Assembly (NCBI GenBank): GCA_002708695.1
Contig: PAOZ01000019.1
Coordinates: 3,065 to 67,064, forward strand
Origin: Methanobacteriota archaeon
GTDB lineage: Archaea > Thermoplasmatota > Poseidoniia > Poseidoniales > Thalassarchaeaceae
Reading direction: 5' to 3'
Length of the DNA stretch: 64,000 bases
Shown here: piece by piece, positions 9,065-19,075 of the stretch
Layout of the letters: the number at the start of each line of letters is the position of its first letter
Position numbering within the stretch: the first letter of the stretch is position 1
Notes under the pieces: model-generated
Seen by the model: the letters and a program-made list of their open reading frames with translations, nothing else
Databases searched by the model: none
Told to the model about the DNA's origin: nothing
Made by a program: the position numbers and the translations under genes

Positions 9065-10649
9065 TTCTAGATTTAACCATAACATGATCATCTTCTCCGG
9101 AAGGTGGATCAATCCAATCAGGATCACCTGGTAAAACTAAACTACGACCTATTGAATCAAGTATATTCGCTAATTCAACTTGAGATTGAGACAGTTCTTT
9201 CCAAGGAATCGAGCCATCCCTTAATCGGAACCAACGACGCAACGTTTGCATTGCACGAACGCTACGTTGCCATAATCTTAGGTGAAGTCTAGCACCTACA
9301 CTCCATAATGGCATTATAATAAATGCAAGAAATACCCATGGAACTGAAGTAATTGTTGGTTTGAGGAACCCGAGTGTTCCTTGACCTAAAATCGTCCAAA
9401 CTGGACTAGAGGACCCTGCCAAAAGCCATGCAACAGGAAATGAAACAATGACCCACCAAATTGGAAGAAGCATGAAGGCTACAGCAATTTTCTTTGTACC
9501 TAATGCATAAGGCTCATTTTCTGCAGATTTTGCAGCAATTGGCCCAGCAATTCGGTATGGAGGGTAAGATCCTATGAGTGCACTCCAAGTAATCAAACCA
9601 AGCATCCAAATCCAACACCATACAAATTGAATCAATGCAGAAGCCATGGAAAACAAACCAGGACGTTTGTTTCGATCATACAATTCGTATTCAGATAACC
9701 CATATGATTGCATTACTTTCGAATGATTTTCAACTTTGGAACGTAATTCATTGGCCTTATTGGGTTGAGTTTGAAGCATATATAGCCATGCTGCACGCAT
9801 TCTACGAGCGCCTAAAATTGCTTCTTCAAAAGTTGCTCTCTTTTGCCTTCCTTCTGCTCTATTTCGATGGACTGAAACTAATCCTCTAGTTCTCCAAAGC
9901 AATTTTCGATCTTCCCAAGAATCCAAACCATGACTAGTTCTTTGTAACTCTCCACCTAAATCTTCAGTAACATATTGTACCCAAGCACGATCATTAGCTT
10001 CCTCTTTACCAAATTCAGAAATCATTTGTTCAGAAGGTACAGGAGCGTCTTCTTCTCCTGGAAGAGGAGGTAAAGACATCGGAGAATGAACTTCAACCAA
10101 TGCTCTCTCTCTAAATCGATTAGGATCAGAATAATGTAAACCTACAGGAACAATAACTGGCTCAGGGACTCCTTGTTCTCGGGCTCTTCTAATTGCAAGT
10201 AACAACATTCTTGCAGGGCCGGTTTTCACTCTTTCTGGTTGGCTAGAAAGATGTGAAACTCCTTCAGGAAAAATAACACATCTTCCTTGATCAACCAATA
10301 TATCTGCAACCGTATCAATAACGGCTTGATTACCCTTTTTTCTATCCCCAGATATCTGTTCTTTATCTATAGAACGATATATTGGTCTTGCACCAGCCGC
10401 TTTCATTACATTTCCCAATATTGGAATTTTGAATAGAGTATGTTTGGCGATGAATGTAATTTGACCAGGTAATGTAGATATCATTATCAGAGGATCAATT
10501 AGAGAACCAGGGTGCCATGCTGCAAACAACACACCCCCTTCTTCTGGAATATTATCTATCTCAATAGCCCCATGTTCTCTAAACCAAGTTTCACTAATCT
10601 CTTTCGCTATCCACCTAACTGCTCGATATGACGCAGAAGGAGTAGCCAT
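9057..10649 (-). CDS. Glycerol-3-phosphate/lysophospholipid acyltransferase (PlsC superfamily) with C-terminal TM region
   Basis: HPGSLID, FIAK..LF, PIYR, IFPEG, IVPVGL; start set at MATPS because the longer ORF overlaps mutL. Confidence 0.85.
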   Translation of the reverse strand: MATPSASYRAVRWIAKEISETWFREHGAIEIDNIPEEGGVLFAAWHPGSLIDPLIMISTLPGQITFIAKHTLFKIPILGNVMKAAGARPIYRSIDKEQISGDRKKGNQAVIDTVADILVDQGRCVIFPEGVSHLSSQPERVKTGPARMLLLAIRRAREQGVPEPVIVPVGLHYSDPNRFRERALVEVHSPMSLPPLPGEEDAPVPSEQMISEFGKEEANDRAWVQYVTEDLGGELQRTSHGLDSWEDRKLLWRTRGLVSVHRNRAEGRQKRATFEEAILGARRMRAAWLYMLQTQPNKANELRSKVENHSKVMQSYGLSEYELYDRNKRPGLFSMASALIQFVWCWIWMLGLITWSALIGSYPPYRIAGPIAAKSAENEPYALGTKKIAVAFMLLPIWWVIVSFPVAWLLAGSSSPVWTILGQGTLGFLKPTITSVPWVFLAFIIMPLWSVGARLHLRLWQRSVRAMQTLRRWFRLRDGSIPWKELSQSQVELANILDSIGRSLVLPGDPDWIDPPSGEDDHVMVKSRIN

Positions 10650-10702
10650 CGTCCCTCGGAGTAAGCCAATACAAATAGCACAATCGACAAAAAAAACGAA
10701 AT

Positions 10703-12643
10703 TTATCCTAAACGTCCAAAGTGGTCGTCTAATTGAGATATATCCAATTTCAATACAGTAGGCCGTCCGTGCACACAAGCCCAAGGATTCTCGATGGTAG
10801 ACATATCTGCCAACAATCTTCTCATTTCAGCTAATTCAAGACGTTGGTTTGCCTTTACAGCACCTCTACAAGATTTCATGAATGCTATTTCATCTTGAAG
10901 TTGATCTACGCTATCTAGAATCATACTATCTGATTCATTAATGTCGGAAAGTAAATCTTTGATAAATCCAATCAACCTATCATCACCAAGTAATAATCGG
11001 GGTACTGAAATTATATCCTCGACAGATTCCTCTCCAAAATTGAATCCTAAATTATTCAATAATTCCCTATTATTTTCAATTATTCCCCTTTGTCTTGCCG
11101 ATAATTCGATTTTCAATGGATGAATCAATGACTGAGGTTCCCAAGAAGACATATCATGACGTAATCTTTCATATCTGATTCGCTCATGTAGAGCATGTTG
11201 ATCTACAACAAACAATGATTCTCCACCTTGGGCCAAAATGTAGGTATCAGCAAACTGAGAAAGTGCCTCCATAGCAGGAACATCTGTCACTGGGCCTCTA
11301 AATTCTGGTTCAGAAATAGGCGATACGGGGTCTCCAGTACTCGAGTAACGATGTAATTCTCTTTCTGCTACAGAGAGTGCGGGGGAAATTGGCATCGAAT
11401 CAAGTCCTGGCAATGTTTCCTGTACTGATGGTGAATGAGAAATAGGCCTAGCACGAGGAGATTCAGAAATGGTTCTTGGAGAAACAGGTTGATTGAATCT
11501 AGTTTGAACTGATGTAGCTGCTTCAATCCAAGCAGGATTCTTATTTTGGGTCGGTGGGGGGGTTGGAAGATTATTCAAATCACTCACAGACCCTAGCGGA
11601 AAGGAATCTGTAGCAGGAGCACCAGTAGGAATAGAAAGTAAAGTATGAGCAATACTACGCTCAAGACGTTCTAAAACTCTCCAAGAATTCTTTAATCGAA
11701 CTTCCCGTTTTGTGGGATGGACATTGACGTCAACTTCATCATTTGGCATATCTAAGAATAAAACACAAACCGGATGTCGACCAACCATTAATCGAGTTTG
11801 GTATCCCTTTCGAATAGATTGTAAAAATGGCGTAGAAGCTACTGTTCGATTATTTACAAAAATATGGATGTCATCAGAACGGCCTCGATCAACTGATGGA
11901 GGAGAAATCCAACCTCGCCATCGTTCTTCACCTGGTGCAGATTCATCTGATTCAGGACCAACAAGCGGAATTAAGCGCTCAGAAGAACCTCCAAGAACAT
12001 CATAAAGACGAGATTCAGGAGTAGTTGGACCTGGTGAAGAAAGCACAATTCTATCATCTACCTTGATTGAAAAACCAACTTCTGGATGAGCAAGAGCATA
12101 AGCCATGACTACATCGACTATAGCTGCAGTTTCAGTAGAAGGACGCCTTTGAAAAGCCATTCTCGCAGGAACAGAGGAAAAAATATCCTTTACTTCTATC
12201 CTAGTTCCAATTGATTTACCTACAGGACCAATTGGAAAGACCTCTCCGTGATTTACTTCTATGAATGAACCCTCTTGTGTTTCTAACTTCGATTCTATTC
12301 TCAAGTGACTTACTGAGCCAATAGCTGCCAAGGCTTCACCTCTGAAACCAAGGGTCCCAATATTCGAAAGATCTTCCGATGTTCTCAATTTACTAGTAGC
12401 ATGACGGTTTACTGCTAAAATTAATTCAGATGCAGGAATACCGTGACCATCATCCTCCACTGAAAGACGAGAAAATCCACCATCTTCAACTACAATACCA
12501 ATGTTTGTTGAACCCGCATCTAAACTATTCTCAACTAATTCCTTGACAACCTGAGCGGGACGTTCGACTACTTCACCTGCTGCAATTCTTCCGATTGTTG
12601 CATCATCCAATTGTTCTATTGGAGACCGAGTCAAAATCATCAC
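10703..12643 (-). CDS. mutL: DNA mismatch repair endonuclease MutL
   Basis: IAAGEVVERP, GFRGEAL, DVNVHPTK, DQHALHERIRYE, CVHGRP. Confidence 0.97.
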   Translation of the reverse strand: MMILTRSPIEQLDDATIGRIAAGEVVERPAQVVKELVENSLDAGSTNIGIVVEDGGFSRLSVEDDGHGIPASELILAVNRHATSKLRTSEDLSNIGTLGFRGEALAAIGSVSHLRIESKLETQEGSFIEVNHGEVFPIGPVGKSIGTRIEVKDIFSSVPARMAFQRRPSTETAAIVDVVMAYALAHPEVGFSIKVDDRIVLSSPGPTTPESRLYDVLGGSSERLIPLVGPESDESAPGEERWRGWISPPSVDRGRSDDIHIFVNNRTVASTPFLQSIRKGYQTRLMVGRHPVCVLFLDMPNDEVDVNVHPTKREVRLKNSWRVLERLERSIAHTLLSIPTGAPATDSFPLGSVSDLNNLPTPPPTQNKNPAWIEAATSVQTRFNQPVSPRTISESPRARPISHSPSVQETLPGLDSMPISPALSVAERELHRYSSTGDPVSPISEPEFRGPVTDVPAMEALSQFADTYILAQGGESLFVVDQHALHERIRYERLRHDMSSWEPQSLIHPLKIELSARQRGIIENNRELLNNLGFNFGEESVEDIISVPRLLLGDDRLIGFIKDLLSDINESDSMILDSVDQLQDEIAFMKSCRGAVKANQRLELAEMRRLLADMSTIENPWACVHGRPTVLKLDISQLDDHFGRLG

Positions 12644-15321
12644 TCCTCAACCCAATCTGGCATTTTCTCTTTCCCTTGTTCTTCGGCTTTCAAAGCATAT
12701 AATGCATCAAGTGCTTCACGGGGAGTCATCATGTCTGGATCTAACGCAGAAAGACGTTCCAACAAATCTCTTTGTCTATCTGATAAGAGGGGGGCGGAAG
12801 GAATAGAGGGTTGAATTTCAGAATTAATTTCAGAATTTACCATCCATCCAAAAAGAGAAGATTGTCCATTAGGTCTGGAAAGAGGAATTCCCTTTCCTCC
12901 GGCTCTAGCCCCTTCCGCTTGTTGTTCTAAGAAAATCAACAAGTCTCTGGCTCTTTCGATTACTGAAGTGGGTAAACCCGCTAGAGAAGCAACTTGGACA
13001 CCATAAGAATCATCACATGGACCCTCAGAAACAGTATGTAAGAAAGTCAATTCACGATTAATTTCCGCTACTTGTACATGGATATTGAATAAACTTTCAA
13101 TTTCTCCTTCTAAACCTACTAATTGATGATAATGGGTTGCAAATAATGACCTTGCGCCAATCCTTTTAGCCAAATCTTCTGTTACGGACCAAGCAATTGC
13201 AAGTCCATCAAATGTAGAGGTACCCCTACCCACTTCATCAAGCAATACTAGACTTCTAGAAGTGGCTCGGCGAAGAATATGAGCGACTTCAATCATTTCC
13301 ACCATAAACGTAGATCTCCCTCTACGAAGGTCGTCGTGTGCTCCAACTCTAGTGAAAACGCGATCAATTAAACCAATTCTAGCCTTTGAAGCAGGAACAA
13401 AAGAACCTGCTTGGGCAAGAATAGATATCAATGCAGTTTGACGTAAATAAGTAGACTTTCCCCCCATATTTGGTCCAGTTAATAATAGAAATTTTCTATT
13501 CTTAGCAAACTGAATATCATTTGGAACAAAACCCTCTATTTCTTCTAAAACTGGATGTCTGCCGGCAATGATATCTAATCTATCATCTTCAAAAATTTCT
13601 GGTCTAACCCAAGACCTTCGACGAGATTGTTCGGCCAGTGAACAGAGAACATCTATGGCAGCAACATTTCTTGCAATTTGAGATAAAACAGAACTTTGGA
13701 CTTTCACTCGCTCCCTCAATTCCAAAAATAACCGATATTCCAAATCGTTAGCTCTTCCACCTGCATTCAGAATTATGTCTTCCCATTCTGCTAATTCATC
13801 GGTAGTGTATCTCTCCGCATTAGTCAATGTTTGACGACGGCGATATTCCTTTGGAACCTTATCGGTATGAACTTTAGTGACTTCAACAAAATAACCAAAT
13901 TGTCGATTAAATTTAACTTTGAGAGAAGGGATATTCAACCGTTCTCTCTCTCTTTCTTCAAATCCTTTTAGCCAATCTTTACCTTCACCCGAACGATTAC
14001 GAAGTTCATCCAATGATTCGTTAATTCCTATTCTGAAAATTCCTCCATCTCGAATTGTATGAGGCGGTTCTTCAACCAATTCATGTTCAATTATTGTTCT
14101 TATCGATTCCAACTTTGTCAGGCCATTTCCTAAAGAAATCAATAATCCATCAGAGGATTCATTCACTAATCCCTGCAATCTAGGCATCCGGCTAAGAGCA
14201 TCAGAAATCGCAATCAAATCTCTAGCATTCGCTCTATCATAAGCTAAACGAGTAGAAAGACGTTCGAGGTCTCTCATTGACTGGAGACATGATCTGATTT
14301 CGGCTAGTCGTTTAGATGCACGAACCAAAGAAGAAATCGCTGAATGGCGCTCAGCAATTCTATTCTTATCCATTAAAGGCCTAAGCAACCATTCCTTCAA
14401 CATTCTTCGCCCCATCCATGTCCTAGTCTGATCAATGGCATGAAGAAGTGAACCAACTCTTTCTCCAAGCAAAGTTTGTGTCAATTCTAAATTTTTCAGG
14501 GTAGTTTGATCAAGAGACATATAATCAGAATCATCCTCAACTGAAATCTCTCTAAGAGGAACAGAATCTATCAAATGAAGAGAAGAAATGTAAGACGCTC
14601 CAAGACCACATGCTTCCATCCCATGTGGTCGAGAATCAAGGTCTATCGATCCTAAATCTGCAATATCAAGATGATGACGAACAACTTCCATCCTACGTTT
14701 TGGTGAGCATTCATGAGTAGAAAGTGAAAGGCCGTCAACATCGATAATCACTGAACGCATGGATTCATTGATTGCGTCCTTGCTAGTCGTAACCAATTCT
14801 GCAGGAGACCATCGAAGCATCTCGTCCCTTAGTCTGTCAAAACGAGATGGGCCAGTAAATTGCTGAGCCCATGCTCTTCCAGTAGAAGTATCTAGTAATG
14901 CCAGACCCAATGAATCTGATTTTAGGACAACGGATGCAAGCAAAGCCGAACCATCTTCGCCAATTAACGAATCTTCGTACAATGAACCAGGAGTATATAC
15001 TCTAGAAACTACTCTCCTGAGAATCTTCTCTCCCGGAAGGGGGTCTGATGCTTGCTCACAAACAGTAACCTTGTGACCTGCTTGAACCATTTTTCGCAAG
15101 TAATCTTCGACACTATGCCATGGAACGCCAGCCATAGGTACTGGATTTTCAGCATTCTTATCTCTACTTGTTAATGTAATTCCTAAAACTTCAGCACCTA
15201 AAACTGCATCTTCGTAAAACATCTCATAGAAATCCCCCATTCTGAAGAAAAGCACAGTATCCGGATGTTCTTGCTTAATCGCCCTATATTGATCAAGCAT
15301 CCCGGGTCCCTTGCTGGCCAT
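12640..15321 (-). CDS. mutS: DNA mismatch repair protein MutS1
   Basis: FRMGDFYEMF, GPNMGGKST, DEVGRGT, ATHYH, SYGVQVA; GGAGGTG SD before ATG 15321. Confidence 0.97.
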   Translation of the reverse strand: MASKGPGMLDQYRAIKQEHPDTVLFFRMGDFYEMFYEDAVLGAEVLGITLTSRDKNAENPVPMAGVPWHSVEDYLRKMVQAGHKVTVCEQASDPLPGEKILRRVVSRVYTPGSLYEDSLIGEDGSALLASVVLKSDSLGLALLDTSTGRAWAQQFTGPSRFDRLRDEMLRWSPAELVTTSKDAINESMRSVIIDVDGLSLSTHECSPKRRMEVVRHHLDIADLGSIDLDSRPHGMEACGLGASYISSLHLIDSVPLREISVEDDSDYMSLDQTTLKNLELTQTLLGERVGSLLHAIDQTRTWMGRRMLKEWLLRPLMDKNRIAERHSAISSLVRASKRLAEIRSCLQSMRDLERLSTRLAYDRANARDLIAISDALSRMPRLQGLVNESSDGLLISLGNGLTKLESIRTIIEHELVEEPPHTIRDGGIFRIGINESLDELRNRSGEGKDWLKGFEERERERLNIPSLKVKFNRQFGYFVEVTKVHTDKVPKEYRRRQTLTNAERYTTDELAEWEDIILNAGGRANDLEYRLFLELRERVKVQSSVLSQIARNVAAIDVLCSLAEQSRRRSWVRPEIFEDDRLDIIAGRHPVLEEIEGFVPNDIQFAKNRKFLLLTGPNMGGKSTYLRQTALISILAQAGSFVPASKARIGLIDRVFTRVGAHDDLRRGRSTFMVEMIEVAHILRRATSRSLVLLDEVGRGTSTFDGLAIAWSVTEDLAKRIGARSLFATHYHQLVGLEGEIESLFNIHVQVAEINRELTFLHTVSEGPCDDSYGVQVASLAGLPTSVIERARDLLIFLEQQAEGARAGGKGIPLSRPNGQSSLFGWMVNSEINSEIQPSIPSAPLLSDRQRDLLERLSALDPDMMTPREALDALYALKAEEQGKEKMPDWVEE

Positions 15322-15425
15322 TCTTGCACCTCCAATTATCGCGTGACCGTCTGCGCACCTCAGCGAGGTATGATGAACATAACGCAAAGAAAATTACAGA
15401 TTTCAGATTAAACAAAGAGGTTGGA

Positions 15426-16601
15426 TTACCATGCATCAAAACCCATAACTTGGAAATTTCGAGCCAAAACCAAACAAGCGCCTGCTGCAATTGCTAAGAA
15501 AATACCATCAAAAAGAAGTGACGGGCGAACAATTGGATTCGTCAATGAAGAAGTATCGATTATCAATAGGCTATCGCCCTCGTGGATAACATGAATGGTG
15601 CCTCCATCGGAAACAGCAGATTGAGCAGAGAACCCCGCCGGAGATTCGACACTCAGACTTTGGACTGACCCATCTGCACCTAAAACAATAACATTCGATT
15701 CTTCTCCAAATACCCATAATCTTCCTTCAGAATCAACAGTTGAAGCTAAGCCTCCACCTATCTCAATATCTGTCGATACCGATAAGTCGTCGCTGATTAG
15801 TGTTAATTGATCAGGAGAAACAGCAAATCCAAGAAGATTTGAATCTTCAGAAATGTGAACCGAATGATATGCTGCTCCAAAACTATGCTGAACTAAAGTT
15901 GCCTGGGGCGCAAAACCAATAGATGCAGATGCGACAAAAAGGACTTCTCCAACATCAGAAGGTGAGCCAGGATTAGAAAACACTGAAGAAATACCCGAAA
16001 CTATAGCTGAATTTCCTGAATCATCAACATCAAAACCAGTTAGAGTTAGAGTATTCTCTTCAATATCTGCTGCAAAACTCAATGAATTCTGAATTCTAGA
16101 ATCAAAAGTACGTAATTCCACATTTTGTCCTCTTTCTAAAAGAATCCATCCGGACGAACCATCTGCTGCATGTAAATCAATTACTCTATCTTCCGATTGC
16201 AATATTGGAAGAGGAGTTTGATCTTGTCCAACTATACGTACTAAAAGTCCGGATTCTCCACCAACCAACCACTCAGAACCTGAAGAAGATACAACTGTAG
16301 GTTCTGAAGACAATGAAATTTCCTCAGCACTGGAACCTTGAATTCTAAAAAGACGATTTATGCCCGAATCATCGATTACTGCCAATGCAGAACCATCTTC
16401 TGCGAATGCCATTGACAAAATTCTACTATCATCTGGTAATGTAGGATGATTTTCAGTTCCAGAAGGGATTACATCTGCAACATGAATCAAGGCGGCTCCC
16501 AATATCATTATCATTACAAATCCTGCCAATGAAAGCCATTGACCCTCCCCCTCTTCTGAGAGTAATGCAGAGAAAGGAACTTGCCTAGAACCAGTGGCCA
16601 T
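15426..16601 (-). CDS. Membrane protein with N- and C-terminal TM helices around a probable beta-propeller ectodomain
   Basis: Two hydrophobic segments; blade-like DG/SG repeats (DSEGRLWV); TTCAAG 30 nt before ATG 16601. Confidence 0.55.
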   Translation of the reverse strand: MATGSRQVPFSALLSEEGEGQWLSLAGFVMIMILGAALIHVADVIPSGTENHPTLPDDSRILSMAFAEDGSALAVIDDSGINRLFRIQGSSAEEISLSSEPTVVSSSGSEWLVGGESGLLVRIVGQDQTPLPILQSEDRVIDLHAADGSSGWILLERGQNVELRTFDSRIQNSLSFAADIEENTLTLTGFDVDDSGNSAIVSGISSVFSNPGSPSDVGEVLFVASASIGFAPQATLVQHSFGAAYHSVHISEDSNLLGFAVSPDQLTLISDDLSVSTDIEIGGGLASTVDSEGRLWVFGEESNVIVLGADGSVQSLSVESPAGFSAQSAVSDGGTIHVIHEGDSLLIIDTSSLTNPIVRPSLLFDGIFLAIAAGACLVLARNFQVMGFDAW

Positions 16602-16734
16602 ACAATAGTGTGCCACGGGTCGGTTCTTGAAGCATAGCCTGCTATTTCGTTAAAAGTGTGACATCAACTGTAATCTCTATGTAGAGAGGGGATTAAATAG
16701 AGACTGTAAGTCGCCGAGACCCGAGAGGATTCCT

Positions 16735-17274
16735 ATGGCACGTAAGCCCGCCAAGATGTATCGCCGTGTGAAAGGACAATCGTTCACACGACGTAAGTAT
16801 ACTGGTGGTGTCCCTAACAACAGAATTCTTCGATTTCACATGGGTAACCGCACAAGAGCTGAAGCCGGTGGATTCCCAGTAATCTTACATTTAACTGTAA
16901 ACAATGCATGTCAAATCCGCCATACTGCTCTTGAAGCAGGAAGAATGATTTCCAACTCCAGAATTAGAAGTAGTGCTGGAGAACAGGGATATGCTCTGAG
17001 AGTACATACTTACCCTCATCAGATTCTTCGTGAGAACAAGCAAGCAACTGGAGCAGGGGCTGACCGTGTATCTCAGGGTATGCGCCAATCATTTGGAAAA
17101 AATGTAGGCACTGCTGCAAGGGTAAAGAAAAATCAATGCATTATTTCCATACAAACAGACCCTGAATTCTATCTAGATGCACGTGATGCTTTGAGGAAAG
17201 CAGGAATGAAATTTCCTTCATCTACCAAGATTAGAGTCATACAGGGTGCTGAACTTCTAAAGGGCCTTGTTTGA
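16735..17274 (+). CDS. rpl10e: 50S ribosomal protein L10e (uL16)
   Basis: MARKPAKMYR, QIRHTALEAGR, LRENKQATGAGADRVSQGMR. Confidence 0.97.
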   Translation: MARKPAKMYRRVKGQSFTRRKYTGGVPNNRILRFHMGNRTRAEAGGFPVILHLTVNNACQIRHTALEAGRMISNSRIRSSAGEQGYALRVHTYPHQILRENKQATGAGADRVSQGMRQSFGKNVGTAARVKKNQCIISIQTDPEFYLDARDALRKAGMKFPSSTKIRVIQGAELLKGLV

Positions 17275-17311
17275 ACGTCTAGTTCAATACTGATGGCTAA
17301 AGTCGACGGCC

Positions 17312-17890
17312 ATGTACTCCGAAGTCGAAGCAGTGACGATGCTCGAAGAAAGCGTTCGCACCGCCCCAGTAATTTGGAAAGGAGAATATCCCTATTTCAT
17401 TCACCCTCTATCCGATGGAGTGCCGAGAGCATCTAGCAATCTCCTCTCTGCTGCTAGAGATGTATTACTTCACCGGATTAACTGGGAAAATATTGACTTG
17501 ATATTATCGATTGAAGCAATGGGGCTTCCTCTTGCGTCTGTTCTCTCTGTAGCAACAGGCATTCCCACCGTAGTAGCTAGAAAACGATCATATGGGCTAG
17601 ATTTTGAAACAGTAGTTGACCAAAGTACTGGTTATTCTAAAGGTTCCATTTGGATTAATGATGTTAATCCCGGAGAAAAAATCCTAGTCGTTGATGATGT
17701 TGTTTCTACAGGAGGAACTATGGAAGCCGTACTTACGGCATTGGAAGCAAGAGGTGCAATTCTTTCCGAAGTTTGGACTATTTTTGAAAAGGATGATGGC
17801 ATGAAGAAGTTGATTGAAAAACACGATTGGCCAATGAAGAGTCTCGTCCGTATAGAAATGAAAGGTGCAGAAGTAAATATTCTACATTAA
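17312..17890 (+). CDS. hpt: Archaeal purine (hypoxanthine/guanine or adenine) phosphoribosyltransferase
   Basis: YFIHPLSDGVP, EAMGLP, TGYSKG, PRPP motif VVDDVVSTGGT. Confidence 0.8.
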   Translation: MYSEVEAVTMLEESVRTAPVIWKGEYPYFIHPLSDGVPRASSNLLSAARDVLLHRINWENIDLILSIEAMGLPLASVLSVATGIPTVVARKRSYGLDFETVVDQSTGYSKGSIWINDVNPGEKILVVDDVVSTGGTMEAVLTALEARGAILSEVWTIFEKDDGMKKLIEKHDWPMKSLVRIEMKGAEVNILH

Positions 17891-17912
17891 ATGAAATGTA
17901 TCTCAAAGGAAG

Positions 17913-19028
17913 TTGAAAATCATGGATTTATCAAGACATGAATTTGAACTCGATGAATTAGTTGAGAGAATCAAGAAAAATGACACTAAATTAGTCGCCC
18001 TTCAAGTCCCAGAGGGGCTAAAAATGCAAGCCTTAGAAATGATGGATCAAATAGAAACAGAAACTTCAGCAAGAGTAGTCCTTTCTGCGGACCCATGTTA
18101 TGGTGCTTGTGACTTAGTCCACGATAAAATGCAAAACATTGGAGTTGAATTGGTAGCCCATATGGGGCATTCTCAAATGAATATTGATTCTGGGATGCCT
18201 ACTCAATTTATCCCAGTAACATACGATGGATGTCCTGAAATTGCATCTGTAATACCTTACCTAAATGCTCATCGAGAAATTGCAATTGAGAGATTGAATA
18301 ACCCTTCAAAACCTGTACAAGACGAACTCGAAGCGATAAATAAATTCCAAGATATGGTGGGAAGAATTGCACCACTTACAGATACAAAACTCGGCTTAGT
18401 AGGAAGCATACAGCACTTACATTTGTTACCTACATACAAAAAATACCTTGAAGAAGCAGGATTTGAAGTTACAATTCCAGTTGGTGGTGCTCGCTTAACA
18501 TTCCCAGGACAAGTCCTAGGATGCAATTATTCAGGAGATGACCCAACTGTTGGGCACTACATATTCTTAGGAAGTGGAGACTTTCATCCTATTGGACTTG
18601 TATTGCATACGGGGAAACCTCTTGCGATGTTAGACCCATATACTGGCGATGCAATGGAAATGGGAAGAGAACGAATTGAACGAATTCTCAGACAGCGGTC
18701 AGGATTGATAATGTCTTCAATGGATAAAAATCGATTTGGAATACTAATTGGAGCAAAACCTGGCCAAATGCGTCGGAATCTCGCACTTCGAATGAAAAAT
18801 AAACTCGAAAAACATGGTAAAAAGGGATATCTTCTAGCCATGGAACATGTTGGGCCAGAACTAATTGATTTTTACCCAGTAGATGTTTTTGTTAATACTG
18901 CATGCCCAAGAATTGCAATTGATGATGCTGTAAAATATGCAAAACCCATGATTACTCCATATGAGTTGGAAGTAGTTTTGGGTGAGAAAAAATGGGAAGA
19001 TGGATACAAATTCGATGAAATTCCATAA
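17913..19028 (+). CDS. dph2: Diphthamide biosynthesis radical SAM enzyme Dph2
   Basis: LQVPEGLK, PCYGACD, QVLGCN, TACPR; alternative ATG 17922. Confidence 0.93.
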   Translation: MKIMDLSRHEFELDELVERIKKNDTKLVALQVPEGLKMQALEMMDQIETETSARVVLSADPCYGACDLVHDKMQNIGVELVAHMGHSQMNIDSGMPTQFIPVTYDGCPEIASVIPYLNAHREIAIERLNNPSKPVQDELEAINKFQDMVGRIAPLTDTKLGLVGSIQHLHLLPTYKKYLEEAGFEVTIPVGGARLTFPGQVLGCNYSGDDPTVGHYIFLGSGDFHPIGLVLHTGKPLAMLDPYTGDAMEMGRERIERILRQRSGLIMSSMDKNRFGILIGAKPGQMRRNLALRMKNKLEKHGKKGYLLAMEHVGPELIDFYPVDVFVNTACPRIAIDDAVKYAKPMITPYELEVVLGEKKWEDGYKFDEIP

Positions 19029-19075
19029 TTTGAATCATCGACATTGTCATATCATCTAGATACAACCGAGTAATT

